Source: an uncultured Chloroflexia bacterium
GTDB lineage: Bacteria > Chloroflexota > Anaerolineae > Aggregatilineales > UBA3940
Direction: 5' to 3'
DNA length: 64,000 nucleotides
NCBI GenBank assembly: GCA_963787375.1
Contig: CAWBCR010000013.1
Location: 101,654 to 165,653, forward strand
Within the stretch, counting starts at the first letter, position 1. Every line of letters starts with the position of its first letter. A model generated the notes under the pieces. That model ran no database searches, was not told where the DNA came from, and saw nothing but the letters and a program-made list of their open reading frames with translations. Positions 19,449 to 27,660 of this stretch are shown here, piece after piece. Made by a program: the position numbers and the translations under genes.

Positions 19449-22400
19449 CTACGGAGTCACGATCAGCGTTGGGTCGCCCAGGATCGTCCACTGCTGGAAG
19501 ATGTCTGTCCAGTACGGCGCAGTGCGGGCCAGGTCGGCCTTGGCGGCCTGTACCGCCTGCCCGATGCTCGTGCCGGGCTGCCCCAGGTGATCCATCAGCA
19601 GGTTGCCGAACTGCTGCTCAGCGTTGGCAATGCCCAGCGTCGGCGTGCCCATCAGCGCCGCAGCGCCGTGGTCGCCCGAGAGCAGGAAGGCGTAAGCCAG
19701 CGTGTTGTCGTCGGGCTGCACGAAGTACGTCCCCCAGCAGTTGAAGTCGGCGACTACCGTCGGACGCCCGGCGTTGGTCAGGGCCAGCGCGTCGCCCGCG
19801 TTGAACAGCCCACTGTATGACCACCGATCCACCGCGCCGTGCCCCATATAGCTGGTCAGCGCGACCCCGCCGTTGATGGCGTCGATCAGCGCAGCGTGCG
19901 CGGTCGCCACATCGGTGTCGTCGAGGTAATCGCGCTGGACGGTCCAGTCACTGCCCAGGTAGGTGATGAAGCCGTCGCTGAAGTTATTCCACCACAGCCA
20001 CTCGCCGGACTGGACCTTGTCGGCGGCGAAGATGGCCGTGTTGGCGTAATCCTTGCTGCCGTAGGCCAGTGTCTTGCCGACCAGCGTATTCAGCTCGGCC
20101 TGCGTGCGCACCGGGAAGCGGCCCAGCGCCACGTCGGGCATGTTGTCGCCGTTCACGTCTGCGTACAGCGGGTCGGAGGGCGCGTAGCGGATTTCGACGA
20201 AGCTGGTCGGCGCGTACAGCGTCGGGATGTAGCTGACCGCATTCGGGTACTGATAGCGGTGGTAGTCGATGGTGTCGCCACCGACCAGCAGCACAGCCTT
20301 GACGCCCATGTTATTGACCGCGTAGGTGATGTAATCATGGATGGCCTGCGGGTCGAACACGCCGCCACTGAACTGCGCATACACGTCGGCTGCGTCGACC
20401 ACCCGCACGCTCATGCCCTGCGCCTGGCGGGCCTGCACCAGCGGCTGGATGCCGTCGATGAAGTCCGCATGCGAGATGATGAGGAAGTCGGTGGTGCCGC
20501 TGGTGATGTCTGCCGCCGGGCGGGCCGCTGCGATAGCGGGCGTGTTCAGCGAGCCGGCGGCGCTGACGACGTACCGGTCATTGGCTGCCGTGCCGGGGAA
20601 GGTGACGCTGTAGCTCGCACCGTCTGGCTCGACCAGCGCGCCGGCCAGCCGCGTCATGCCGGACCCGTCCAGCCGGTAGACCAGCACATCAGGCGAAGGC
20701 AGGTTGGTCACGCGGAAGGCCTCGCCGGAGGCGGTGAAGGACAGCCCGCCACCGCGCGCCACGAACGCACGCGGGTAGGTGATGGCAATGCTCTCAAGGT
20801 TCACAATCTCGTAGTCGACGCCGCTGTCGCCGGGCAGCGTCAGCGCCACCGCGTTGTCGCCGTCGTGCAGCGCATCTGCCGTCAGTGAGACGTCGACCGG
20901 CTGGCTGCCGAGGCCGTTGAACATCTGGTCGGCAACGGTTGCGCTGTTCAGCGCGATCACCACGTGGTGGTCAGGCGTGGCGGGCCAGTCCGTGCCGCCG
21001 TACATCTGCACCGCCAGCGAGGCGGGCGCTGCGCCCGCGACGAGGTTGTCGACGCTCAGGTTGAAGATCCAGTTCTTCGAAGTCTTGTAGACCAGCATCT
21101 GCTGCGCGTACCAGGGGTCGGCCAGCGGCGAGGAGAACGTGTAGCCGTGGTTCTCGTCGTAGGTGGCGGTCTCTTCGTAGCTGGCCGTCAGGGCTGCGCC
21201 GGGCTGCGCGCTGGTTAAGTTGACCGAAGCGTGGCTGGCCAGCCCACCGTTCACCTGAAGCTCATAGACGTTTGCGTCGGTGTACAGGCTGTGCGCGGCC
21301 TGGCCGTAGAAGACGATGCTTGAGCCCAGCCCGAACACATCGCCGCCGATCATGTCGACGGGGATGCTGGCACCGCGCGCCGTTAGTGCGATGCTGCTGG
21401 CCGGCACGCCGGCCAGATCGAGGCCCGCTGCCTGCAGGTCTTCATATGTGACTTGGTACAGCCCGTCGGCGCTAACCCGCAGGTCGTACGTCGGATAGCT
21501 GATGTTAGGGTCGGCAGGCGGAACATCGGGCAGTGGCGTATCGGTGACCACATCGACGGCGACAGTGACGAGCGCGACATTGGAGACCGCGCCGCTGTCG
21601 TCCTGAACCGTGTAGGAGAACGTGTCGTCGCCGGGCGTGCCCGCATCGGGTGTGTACGCGACAAGCCCACTGTCCAGGTCGACCGCCGCCGTGCCAAGTG
21701 CCGGCGTGCCGACGATGGTGACCGTCGCCGGGTCAAGCTGGCCGCTGGCGGCGATGTCGTTGGCGAGCACGTTGATGTCCACCGAGGCATTCTCGTCGAC
21801 CGAGGCGCTGTCGTCCACGGCGGTTGGTGCGGAGCTGTCGGCGGGCGGTGCCAGGGGCGTGCCGACCGTAATGGTCACCGTGGCGACGTTCGATACAGCG
21901 CCCTGCTTATCGGTGATGGTGTAGGTGAAGCTGTCTATGCCGGAGAAACCGCGACTGGGCGTGTAAGTCGCGACAGCCTTCTTGTTCACCGAAACCCTAC
22001 CGTTGGCCGGCGGCGTGATGATGCTGACCGACTTCAGGTTGAGGCTATCGCCGGAGTCAGTTTCCTGGTCGTTGTCGGCCACGCTGATCCTGACAGATGT
22101 CCGGACGTCCGTGACGGCGCTGTCGTCATTGGCAATGGGCGGCGTCACGGGCGGAGCTGGCTCGACGGTGATGGTGACGGTCGCAATATTGGAGGTCGCG
22201 TCGTGCTTGTCGTTGACGATATAGGTGAAGCTGTCCTCGCCCGTGAAGTCGGGGTTGGGCGTGTAGGTCACGATACCTTTTGTCATGTTCAGCGAGATGC
22301 TGCCATCTGCCGGGTCGCTCACGATGATGACCGTCTTGACGTTGACCGTGTCCCCATGGTCGGGGTCCTGGTCGTTGGCCGTCACGTCGATGCTGACCGC

Positions 22401-22598
22401 CGTCCCGGCGGTTGTCGCAGCGCTGTCGTCGGCGGCGACGGGCGGCGTGTTAGGTCCACTCGTGCGGCTGGCGCCGTGCGCACCATCAGACGCGTAAGCC
22501 AGCGGCGGCAGCGCCAGTGCAATTACTACCAGGAGCATAGTAACTATGAGCTTTGCGCTGGGAAGATAGTTGTGCTGGCGATGTGCTTTCATGGTCAT
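19449..22598 (-). CDS. Secreted cadherin-like-repeat protein with C-terminal peptidase C25 (gingipain-like) module; paralog of the module in 12255-17639
   Basis: The ORF extends to 22655. The likely start is ATG 22598 (MTMKAHRQHNYLPSAKLIVTMLLVVIALALPPLAYA) after GCGGGGA. It has three repeats of about 100 aa (PPVAADDSAATTAGTAVSIDVTANDQDPDHGD...FTYIVNDKHDATSNIATVTITV). The C25 module runs from SYPTYDLRVSADGLYQVTYEDLQAAGLDL to LGDPTLIVTP, with MGHGAVDRW (His) and ADFNCWGTYF (Cys). Confidence 0.85.
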   Translation of the reverse strand: MTMKAHRQHNYLPSAKLIVTMLLVVIALALPPLAYASDGAHGASRTSGPNTPPVAADDSAATTAGTAVSIDVTANDQDPDHGDTVNVKTVIIVSDPADGSISLNMTKGIVTYTPNPDFTGEDSFTYIVNDKHDATSNIATVTITVEPAPPVTPPIANDDSAVTDVRTSVRISVADNDQETDSGDSLNLKSVSIITPPANGRVSVNKKAVATYTPSRGFSGIDSFTYTITDKQGAVSNVATVTITVGTPLAPPADSSAPTAVDDSASVDENASVDINVLANDIAASGQLDPATVTIVGTPALGTAAVDLDSGLVAYTPDAGTPGDDTFSYTVQDDSGAVSNVALVTVAVDVVTDTPLPDVPPADPNISYPTYDLRVSADGLYQVTYEDLQAAGLDLAGVPASSIALTARGASIPVDMIGGDVFGLGSSIVFYGQAAHSLYTDANVYELQVNGGLASHASVNLTSAQPGAALTASYEETATYDENHGYTFSSPLADPWYAQQMLVYKTSKNWIFNLSVDNLVAGAAPASLAVQMYGGTDWPATPDHHVVIALNSATVADQMFNGLGSQPVDVSLTADALHDGDNAVALTLPGDSGVDYEIVNLESIAITYPRAFVARGGGLSFTASGEAFRVTNLPSPDVLVYRLDGSGMTRLAGALVEPDGASYSVTFPGTAANDRYVVSAAGSLNTPAIAAARPAADITSGTTDFLIISHADFIDGIQPLVQARQAQGMSVRVVDAADVYAQFSGGVFDPQAIHDYITYAVNNMGVKAVLLVGGDTIDYHRYQYPNAVSYIPTLYAPTSFVEIRYAPSDPLYADVNGDNMPDVALGRFPVRTQAELNTLVGKTLAYGSKDYANTAIFAADKVQSGEWLWWNNFSDGFITYLGSDWTVQRDYLDDTDVATAHAALIDAINGGVALTSYMGHGAVDRWSYSGLFNAGDALALTNAGRPTVVADFNCWGTYFVQPDDNTLAYAFLLSGDHGAAALMGTPTLGIANAEQQFGNLLMDHLGQPGTSIGQAVQAAKADLARTAPYWTDIFQQWTILGDPTLIVTP

Positions 22599-22702
22599 TT
22601 GTGTCCCCGCAGTTCTCTGTCTGATGTGCTGTGTGCTATGGGTTCTCGGACCCAATCCGCCTTCGGCATGCTTCTCGTGTTATGTTCTAAGCGTAAACGA
22701 AA

Positions 22703-22728
22703 CAGCCGCCAGATACGCCCGGCGGCTG
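22703..22728 (-). other. Terminator-like hairpin in the 5' region of the C25 paralog (minus-strand sense)
   Basis: CAGCCGCC (22703-22710) pairs with GGCGGCTG (22721-22728). On the minus strand the stem is followed by TTTCGTTTACG. It lies about 105 nt upstream of the ATG at 22598. Confidence 0.35.
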
Positions 22729-22871
22729 CTGGATATTGGATTCAGGCAGAGTGTTGATTGTGAACTCGCACTTGTGGCCGATGGCTCGCTCAGCCAGGTG
22801 GGGGAGGTCGGGTTCGGTCAGCAGGCCAGCCCCCGACGAAAGAGGTTGGCCGAAAGGACTGTTGGCCCACT

Positions 22872-22915
22872 ACTTAAGCCCAACTTAAGGATAACTTAAG
22901 CGTCATTTAAGTCTG
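22872..22915 (+). promoter_or_regulatory. Four tandem 11-bp units (7-mer ACTTAAG/ATTTAAG + 4-nt spacer): candidate OmpR/PhoB-type activator site array
   Basis: ACTTAAG at 22872, 22883 and 22894, and ATTTAAG at 22905, give an exact 11-bp period. The fourth unit sits where a -35 element would be, 17 nt upstream of a TAAACT -10 candidate (22933-22938). The downstream gene starts at 22970. Confidence 0.45.
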
Positions 22916-22969
22916 GCGGCGGCGAATTCTGCTAAACTGTCGGTACTTCTGAAAGCAGAGGGGAGCATC

Positions 22970-23593
22970 ATGTCAAGGAATCGATATAACCAGAAATCCA
23001 ACGTCGGCCTGGCTTTCAAGCGGCTGTTTGTATCCGGCTTTGTGGTCTTCTCATTTGTGGCCTACGCCATTCATGAGCGGCTGACGGGCCAGACCGCGGC
23101 AGCCAGCACACCCCTGCGCGCCAAGGTGCCGTCGGCAGAGACGGCGGCCACGGCCCGGGCGAACCAGACCAGCACGGCCAATAACAACGGCTTCGCCGAC
23201 GCTGGCAGCGCCGCGAACAATGGCGGCGGGGCCAACCAAGCCTCCGCCCCTGCCAGCGCGCCGACTGCCGCGCCCACGGCTGCGCCAACCGCCGCACCGC
23301 AGGGCCAGTATAAGGATGGCACCTACACCGGGCCGGTGGTCAACGTCTTCTACGGGCTAGTGCAGATACAGGCGACGGTCCAGAACGGCCAGGTCTCGGA
23401 TGTGCAGTTCCTGCAGTATCCCCGCGACCGCCGGACCTCGCAGTTCATCAACAGCCAGGCGATGCCGTGGCTCACGCAGGAAGCCATCCAGGCACAGACT
23501 TCCAACGTGAACATCATCTCAGGGGCCACGCTGACCAGCGAAGGGTTCATCATGTCGCTGCAGTCGGCTCTCAGCTCAGCAAAGAACAACTAG
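22970..23593 (+). CDS. Membrane-anchored extracytosolic FMN-binding domain protein (ApbE substrate)
   Basis: 207 aa. RBS GAGGGGA. N-terminal TM segment LFVSGFVVFSFVAYAI, an Ala/Pro/Thr linker, and an FMN_bind-type domain with the flavinylation motif SGATLT (23519-23536), identical in form to the NqrC/RnfG sites. Confidence 0.8.
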   Translation: MSRNRYNQKSNVGLAFKRLFVSGFVVFSFVAYAIHERLTGQTAAASTPLRAKVPSAETAATARANQTSTANNNGFADAGSAANNGGGANQASAPASAPTAAPTAAPTAAPQGQYKDGTYTGPVVNVFYGLVQIQATVQNGQVSDVQFLQYPRDRRTSQFINSQAMPWLTQEAIQAQTSNVNIISGATLTSEGFIMSLQSALSSAKNN

Positions 23594-23595
23594 CC

Positions 23596-24345
23596 ATGCA
23601 GCAGACACGTATCCTGATGGGGATGCCCGTCACCGTGGACGTCGTCGGCAAGTTCGTGACGGAGGAGCCGCTCGACCTGGTCTACTCCTACTTCGAATAC
23701 GTCGACGAGAAGTTCAGCACGTACAAGGACGCCAGCGAGATCTCGCTGATCAACGTCAAGCAGCTCAGCCTGGAACAGGCCAGCGACGACATGCGGACCG
23801 TGTTTCAGTTGGCGGAGCGCACCCGGCACGAAACGTTCGGCTACTTTGACATCACCCGCAGCGATGGCACCTATGACCCGTCCGGGCTGGTGAAGGGCTG
23901 GGCGATCTACAACGCCGCGCTGCTGCTGCGGGAGCGCGGGTACCAGAACTTCTACGTCGACGCCGGGGGCGACATCCAGACCTGGGGGCTGACCGAGGAT
24001 GACCAGCCGTGGCGCGTCGGGATCCGCAACCCCTTCAACATGGCGGAGATCGTCAAGGCGGTCGCCGTCGGCAGCCAGGGCGTGGCGACCTCCGGCACGT
24101 ACGCGCGGGGCCAGCACATCTACCGCCCCAACCACGCCGACGAGCCCATCGAGGATATCGTCAGCCTGACCGTCATCGGCCCCAACATCTATGAAGCCGA
24201 CCGCTTCGCGACGGCAGCCTTCGCCATGGGCCGCGCCGGGATCACGTTCATCGAGAGCCTGGAGGGCCTTGAGGGATACCAGATCGACAGCAGCGGCATC
24301 GCTACTTATACCAGCGGCTTTGAGGAATACGTTTGCCATGATTAA
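23596..24345 (+). CDS. apbE: FAD:protein FMN transferase (ApbE family)
   Basis: ATG at 23596, 2 nt after the upstream stop. MQQTRILMGMPVTVDV...STYKDASEISLIN...YDPSGLVKGWA...VATSGTYARG follow the ApbE pattern. Confidence 0.8.
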   Translation: MQQTRILMGMPVTVDVVGKFVTEEPLDLVYSYFEYVDEKFSTYKDASEISLINVKQLSLEQASDDMRTVFQLAERTRHETFGYFDITRSDGTYDPSGLVKGWAIYNAALLLRERGYQNFYVDAGGDIQTWGLTEDDQPWRVGIRNPFNMAEIVKAVAVGSQGVATSGTYARGQHIYRPNHADEPIEDIVSLTVIGPNIYEADRFATAAFAMGRAGITFIESLEGLEGYQIDSSGIATYTSGFEEYVCHD

Positions 24346-25858
24346 GCTTATCGACCGTTTTTTGAACCGGATCACGATGTACAGGCTGGTCCTGTACACG
24401 CTGATCGTCCTGCTGGGGGCCGCGCTGGTCTTCAGCTTCGCGGGCATCCTGCCCTACGACCCGTTCGCGCTGCTGCTCACGGTTGCCATACTGGTGGCTG
24501 TAAGCTGGCTGACCAACACCATCTTCGCAAAGGTGTTCCGCGTGCCGACTAACGTCGAGTCGGCGTACATCACGGCGCTGATCCTGGCGCTGATCATCGA
24601 CCCGCTGTCGGGCCCTGGCGACTTCTGGTTCATCGTGTGGGCCGCTGTGCTGGCGATGGCCTCCAAGTACATCGTGGCGATCAAGGGCAAGCACCTGTTC
24701 AACCCGGCGGCTTTTGCCGTCGCGCTGACCGCGCTGGCTGTTGGCCGCACTGCGAGTTGGTGGGTCGGTAGCGCGCCGATGCTGCCGTTTGTGCTGCTGG
24801 GCGGCCTGCTGATCGTGCGCAAGTTACGCCGCGTCGACCTGGTGATGAGCTTCCTGCTCACGTCGCTGGCAGCCGTTGTGATCTTCACCGTGCTGGGCGG
24901 GGGCGGACTGGGCTTGGCGATGCAGAACATCCTGCTCTACTCGCCGCTGTTCTTCTTCGCCGCGATCATCCTCACCGAGCCGCTGACCACGCCGCCGACC
25001 ACCAGGCTGCAGGTGGCGTATGGCGCGCTGGTAGGGATCCTGTTCATCCCGCAGTTCCACCTGGGGTCGTTGTACCTGACACCCGAACTGGCGATCCTGT
25101 TCGGCAACGTGTTCTCGTACCTGGTCAGCCCCAAGGCAAAGCTGGTCCTCAGCCTGAAGGATCGCGTGCAGGTGGCCCCCGGCATCTACGACTTCCTCTT
25201 CGTGCCGAACCAGATACTGGCCTTTGAGCCGGGGCAGTACATGGAGTGGACGCTGGGCCACCAGGACCCCGACAACCGGGGCAACCGGCGCTACTTCACG
25301 CTGGCGTCCTCTCCGACCGAGCGCCTGCTGCGGGTGGGCGTCAAGTTCTACCAGAACTCCAGCTCGTTCAAGCAGTCGCTGTTGAAGATGCACCGGGGCA
25401 GTGAGATCGTCGCCTCGCAGTTGGCCGGCGACTTCGTGCTCCCGCGCGACCCGCGCCAGCCGTGCGTGTTCATCGCGGGCGGCATCGGCATCACGCCCTT
25501 CAGGAGCATGATCACATTCCTGCTGGATACCCGCCAGCCGCGCCCGATCACGCTGTTCTACGCCAACAAGACCGTCGACGAGATTGCCTACAAGGACGTG
25601 TTCGACCGGGCCTGGCAGGAGCTGGGCATCAGGACGTTCTACACACTGACCAACCGGCGCAGCGTCCCGCCCGACTGGAACGGGATGGTGGGACGCATCA
25701 CGCCAGAAGTGATCGTCAGCCAGGTGCCTGACTACAAGAACTGTATCTTCTACATCTCGGGGCCGAACGCGCTGGTCGATTCGTTCAGGCGGACGCTGCG
25801 CGCGATGGGTATCCGCAGCAGCCACATCAAAGCAGACTTCTTCCCCGGCCTGTCGTGA
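24338..25858 (+). CDS. Polytopic NqrB/RnfD-like membrane domain fused to an FNR-type FAD/NAD(P)H-binding reductase
   Basis: ATG 24338 overlaps the apbE stop. The first ~330 aa are multi-TM and include KHLFNPAAFAV. The C-terminal part has RRYFTLASSP (RxYS-type FAD motif) and CVFIAGGIGITPFRSM (NAD(P)H-binding motif). Confidence 0.75.
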   Translation: MIKLIDRFLNRITMYRLVLYTLIVLLGAALVFSFAGILPYDPFALLLTVAILVAVSWLTNTIFAKVFRVPTNVESAYITALILALIIDPLSGPGDFWFIVWAAVLAMASKYIVAIKGKHLFNPAAFAVALTALAVGRTASWWVGSAPMLPFVLLGGLLIVRKLRRVDLVMSFLLTSLAAVVIFTVLGGGGLGLAMQNILLYSPLFFFAAIILTEPLTTPPTTRLQVAYGALVGILFIPQFHLGSLYLTPELAILFGNVFSYLVSPKAKLVLSLKDRVQVAPGIYDFLFVPNQILAFEPGQYMEWTLGHQDPDNRGNRRYFTLASSPTERLLRVGVKFYQNSSSFKQSLLKMHRGSEIVASQLAGDFVLPRDPRQPCVFIAGGIGITPFRSMITFLLDTRQPRPITLFYANKTVDEIAYKDVFDRAWQELGIRTFYTLTNRRSVPPDWNGMVGRITPEVIVSQVPDYKNCIFYISGPNALVDSFRRTLRAMGIRSSHIKADFFPGLS

Positions 25859-25869
25859 GGGGTGGCCAG

Positions 25870-25899
25870 GCGTGGGGCGCTCCACTGAGCGCCCCACGC
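25870..25899. terminator. Strong hairpin between convergent genes
   Basis: GCGTGGGGCGCTC (25870-25882), loop CACT, GAGCGCCCCACGC (25887-25899): a 13-bp perfect stem. It lies between the stop at 25858 (+) and the stop at 25902 (-). The T-tract is weak. Confidence 0.6.
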
Positions 25900-25901
25900 G
25901 T

Positions 25902-26399
25902 CTATTCGCCCTGGTGCCCCGCAGACCACAGCCCCATCACCTGCCGCAGAATACCTATCTCGCCGACGTGGTAGGCGGTGTGATCCGTCGTCAACAGGAT
26001 TTCACGCAGGATGGTGTGCCCCGGCGCGCCGTGCGGAATCTGGGCTGTCAGGTCGGTCCCCGCGTCCTGCACGATGTCGACCAGCGCCTGCCGGTCCGAC
26101 AGGAACGAGTCAATCGTGCGCTGCCAGCCGGCGGCGTCGCTCGTCGCATCGGGGTCAGGCCAGTAGTCGTGCGGCCAGTCCGGGGCGGTGTAATCGGGAT
26201 TGCGAATGTAGTCGAGGATATCGGCCTGTGACAGGCGGATGTGCTCGATCAGGTGCCAGAAGGTGTATGGCACGTTGGTCGCCCGGCTGTTGATATGCTC
26301 GATGGGAAAATCCGCTACGGCGTCTTCAAACAGCATGTGCGCCTGCTGCCGCTGCAGCAGGTTGGTGAGCTGCCGGCGCAGTGTTTCGTTCTGATCCAT
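25902..26399 (-). CDS. DinB-superfamily protein
   Basis: Start at MDQNETLRRQL (26399). FWHLIEHIRLSQADILDY and TDHTAYHVGEIGILRQ match the His-containing helices of the DinB/YfiT-like four-helix bundle. Confidence 0.65.
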   Translation of the reverse strand: MDQNETLRRQLTNLLQRQQAHMLFEDAVADFPIEHINSRATNVPYTFWHLIEHIRLSQADILDYIRNPDYTAPDWPHDYWPDPDATSDAAGWQRTIDSFLSDRQALVDIVQDAGTDLTAQIPHGAPGHTILREILLTTDHTAYHVGEIGILRQVMGLWSAGHQGE

Positions 26400-26570
26400 G
26401 ATAGCTCTCTCCGATCCAGTGAATGGCAACATCCTCAGCGCGAGCACAGCGTCGTCTGGCCTTTCGCGCCGTGCGCGATCAATGCGTGGGCGACGCGCAG
26501 GTGCTGCCCCATGCCTTGAGGGCAAGATGTGTCCTCAGAGTGTATCTCGCGGCTGGCTTCGATGGCCCGC

Positions 26571-26604
26571 AAATGAAATGAAACCCCCGCCTGTGCGGCG
26601 GGGG
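26571..26604 (-). terminator. Rho-independent terminator of the alternative complex III operon
   Basis: The minus strand reads CCCCCGCC-GCACA-GGCGGGGG followed by TTTCATTTCATTT. It lies about 150 nt downstream of the last cytochrome gene. Confidence 0.65.
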
Positions 26605-26754
26605 ATCCAGGGTAGCAGGCGCGCGGGGCAGGCCCGCGACGGCGCAGAGCCAGAGCCTTATCGGCCTCTCCACACCATCTTGCAGCGACGAGCATGGGCG
26701 CGGCGCATCCCCCCTGTACGCCGCCCCTTGCAGGCCGTCACGCAGCGCGCTACT

Positions 26755-27642
26755 TCACCTATTCAGCGACATGACATACGCAATCACGTCCGCGATCTGC
26801 TGGTCGCTGAGCAGCTTGCCGTCGCCAAAGGCCGGCATGACGATCATCGGCCCGTCGCCCTCCGGCGTCGAGCCGTGCTCGACAAACAGGTCGACATTGG
26901 CCGCGAAGATCTTCGGATCGGCGTTGACCAGCGTCGAGTCGATGGGATTGAGCGGCGGCACGCTGCCGTCACCGGACCCGGGGTTCGGCACTCCCTGAAC
27001 GCCCTCCGGACCGTGGCAGGCCGCACAGTACAGGCCAAACACGATCTGCCCCTGCGCCGGGTCACCGGTCAGCGAGGCAGCCGCGCCCGGCCCACCCGCG
27101 TTCGATGGCTGGGCTGGCTCCGGCGTCGGGCCGCCCGCAGGGGCCGGCGCCTCGGTTGGTTCCGGTGGCAGCGGGGTCGCCGTCGGCAGTTTCTCGACGT
27201 CCTGGAGCGTGCGCAGGTAGGCGATCACCCCGGTAATCTGGTCCGCCGTGAGCGCGCCACCGTTGGCTTGCAGCCAGGCGGGCATCTCGGTCCCGCTGCG
27301 CCCGTTGGCGATGGTGTCGTAGATTTCCTGATCGGTGCCGGTCTGGATGAACTTATTGTTGCGCAGCGCCGGCGCATCGGTACCCTCGCCGAGCGCACCG
27401 TGACACATCGTACAGTTCTTCTCGAAGATGGCCGCGCCCAGCGCGGCGGCGTCCTGCCCGGCGGCGGGCATCACGCCCGCACTGACCGCTGGCACAATCT
27501 CGGCGACCAGCGTCGGCGTCGCTGCCGGGGCCAGCGTGGGGATCGGCGTGGGGCCGGGCGGGAGCGTGGTGCTCGCGCAGGCTGCCAGCGTCAGCGCGGC
27601 CACCAGGGTGGCGACCATCATGATCCGGTTTCGTATTGGCAT
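26755..27642 (-). CDS. Diheme c-type cytochrome lipoprotein (terminal gene of the ACIII operon)
   Basis: Two CxxCH motifs (CTMCH, CAACH). Lipobox LTLAAC. The start is probably ATG 27642 after GAGGTGG; the ORF-track start is 27654. Confidence 0.75.
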   Translation of the reverse strand: MPIRNRIMMVATLVAALTLAACASTTLPPGPTPIPTLAPAATPTLVAEIVPAVSAGVMPAAGQDAAALGAAIFEKNCTMCHGALGEGTDAPALRNNKFIQTGTDQEIYDTIANGRSGTEMPAWLQANGGALTADQITGVIAYLRTLQDVEKLPTATPLPPEPTEAPAPAGGPTPEPAQPSNAGGPGAAASLTGDPAQGQIVFGLYCAACHGPEGVQGVPNPGSGDGSVPPLNPIDSTLVNADPKIFAANVDLFVEHGSTPEGDGPMIVMPAFGDGKLLSDQQIADVIAYVMSLNR

Positions 27643-27660
27643 GACCCACCTCATTCGCGT

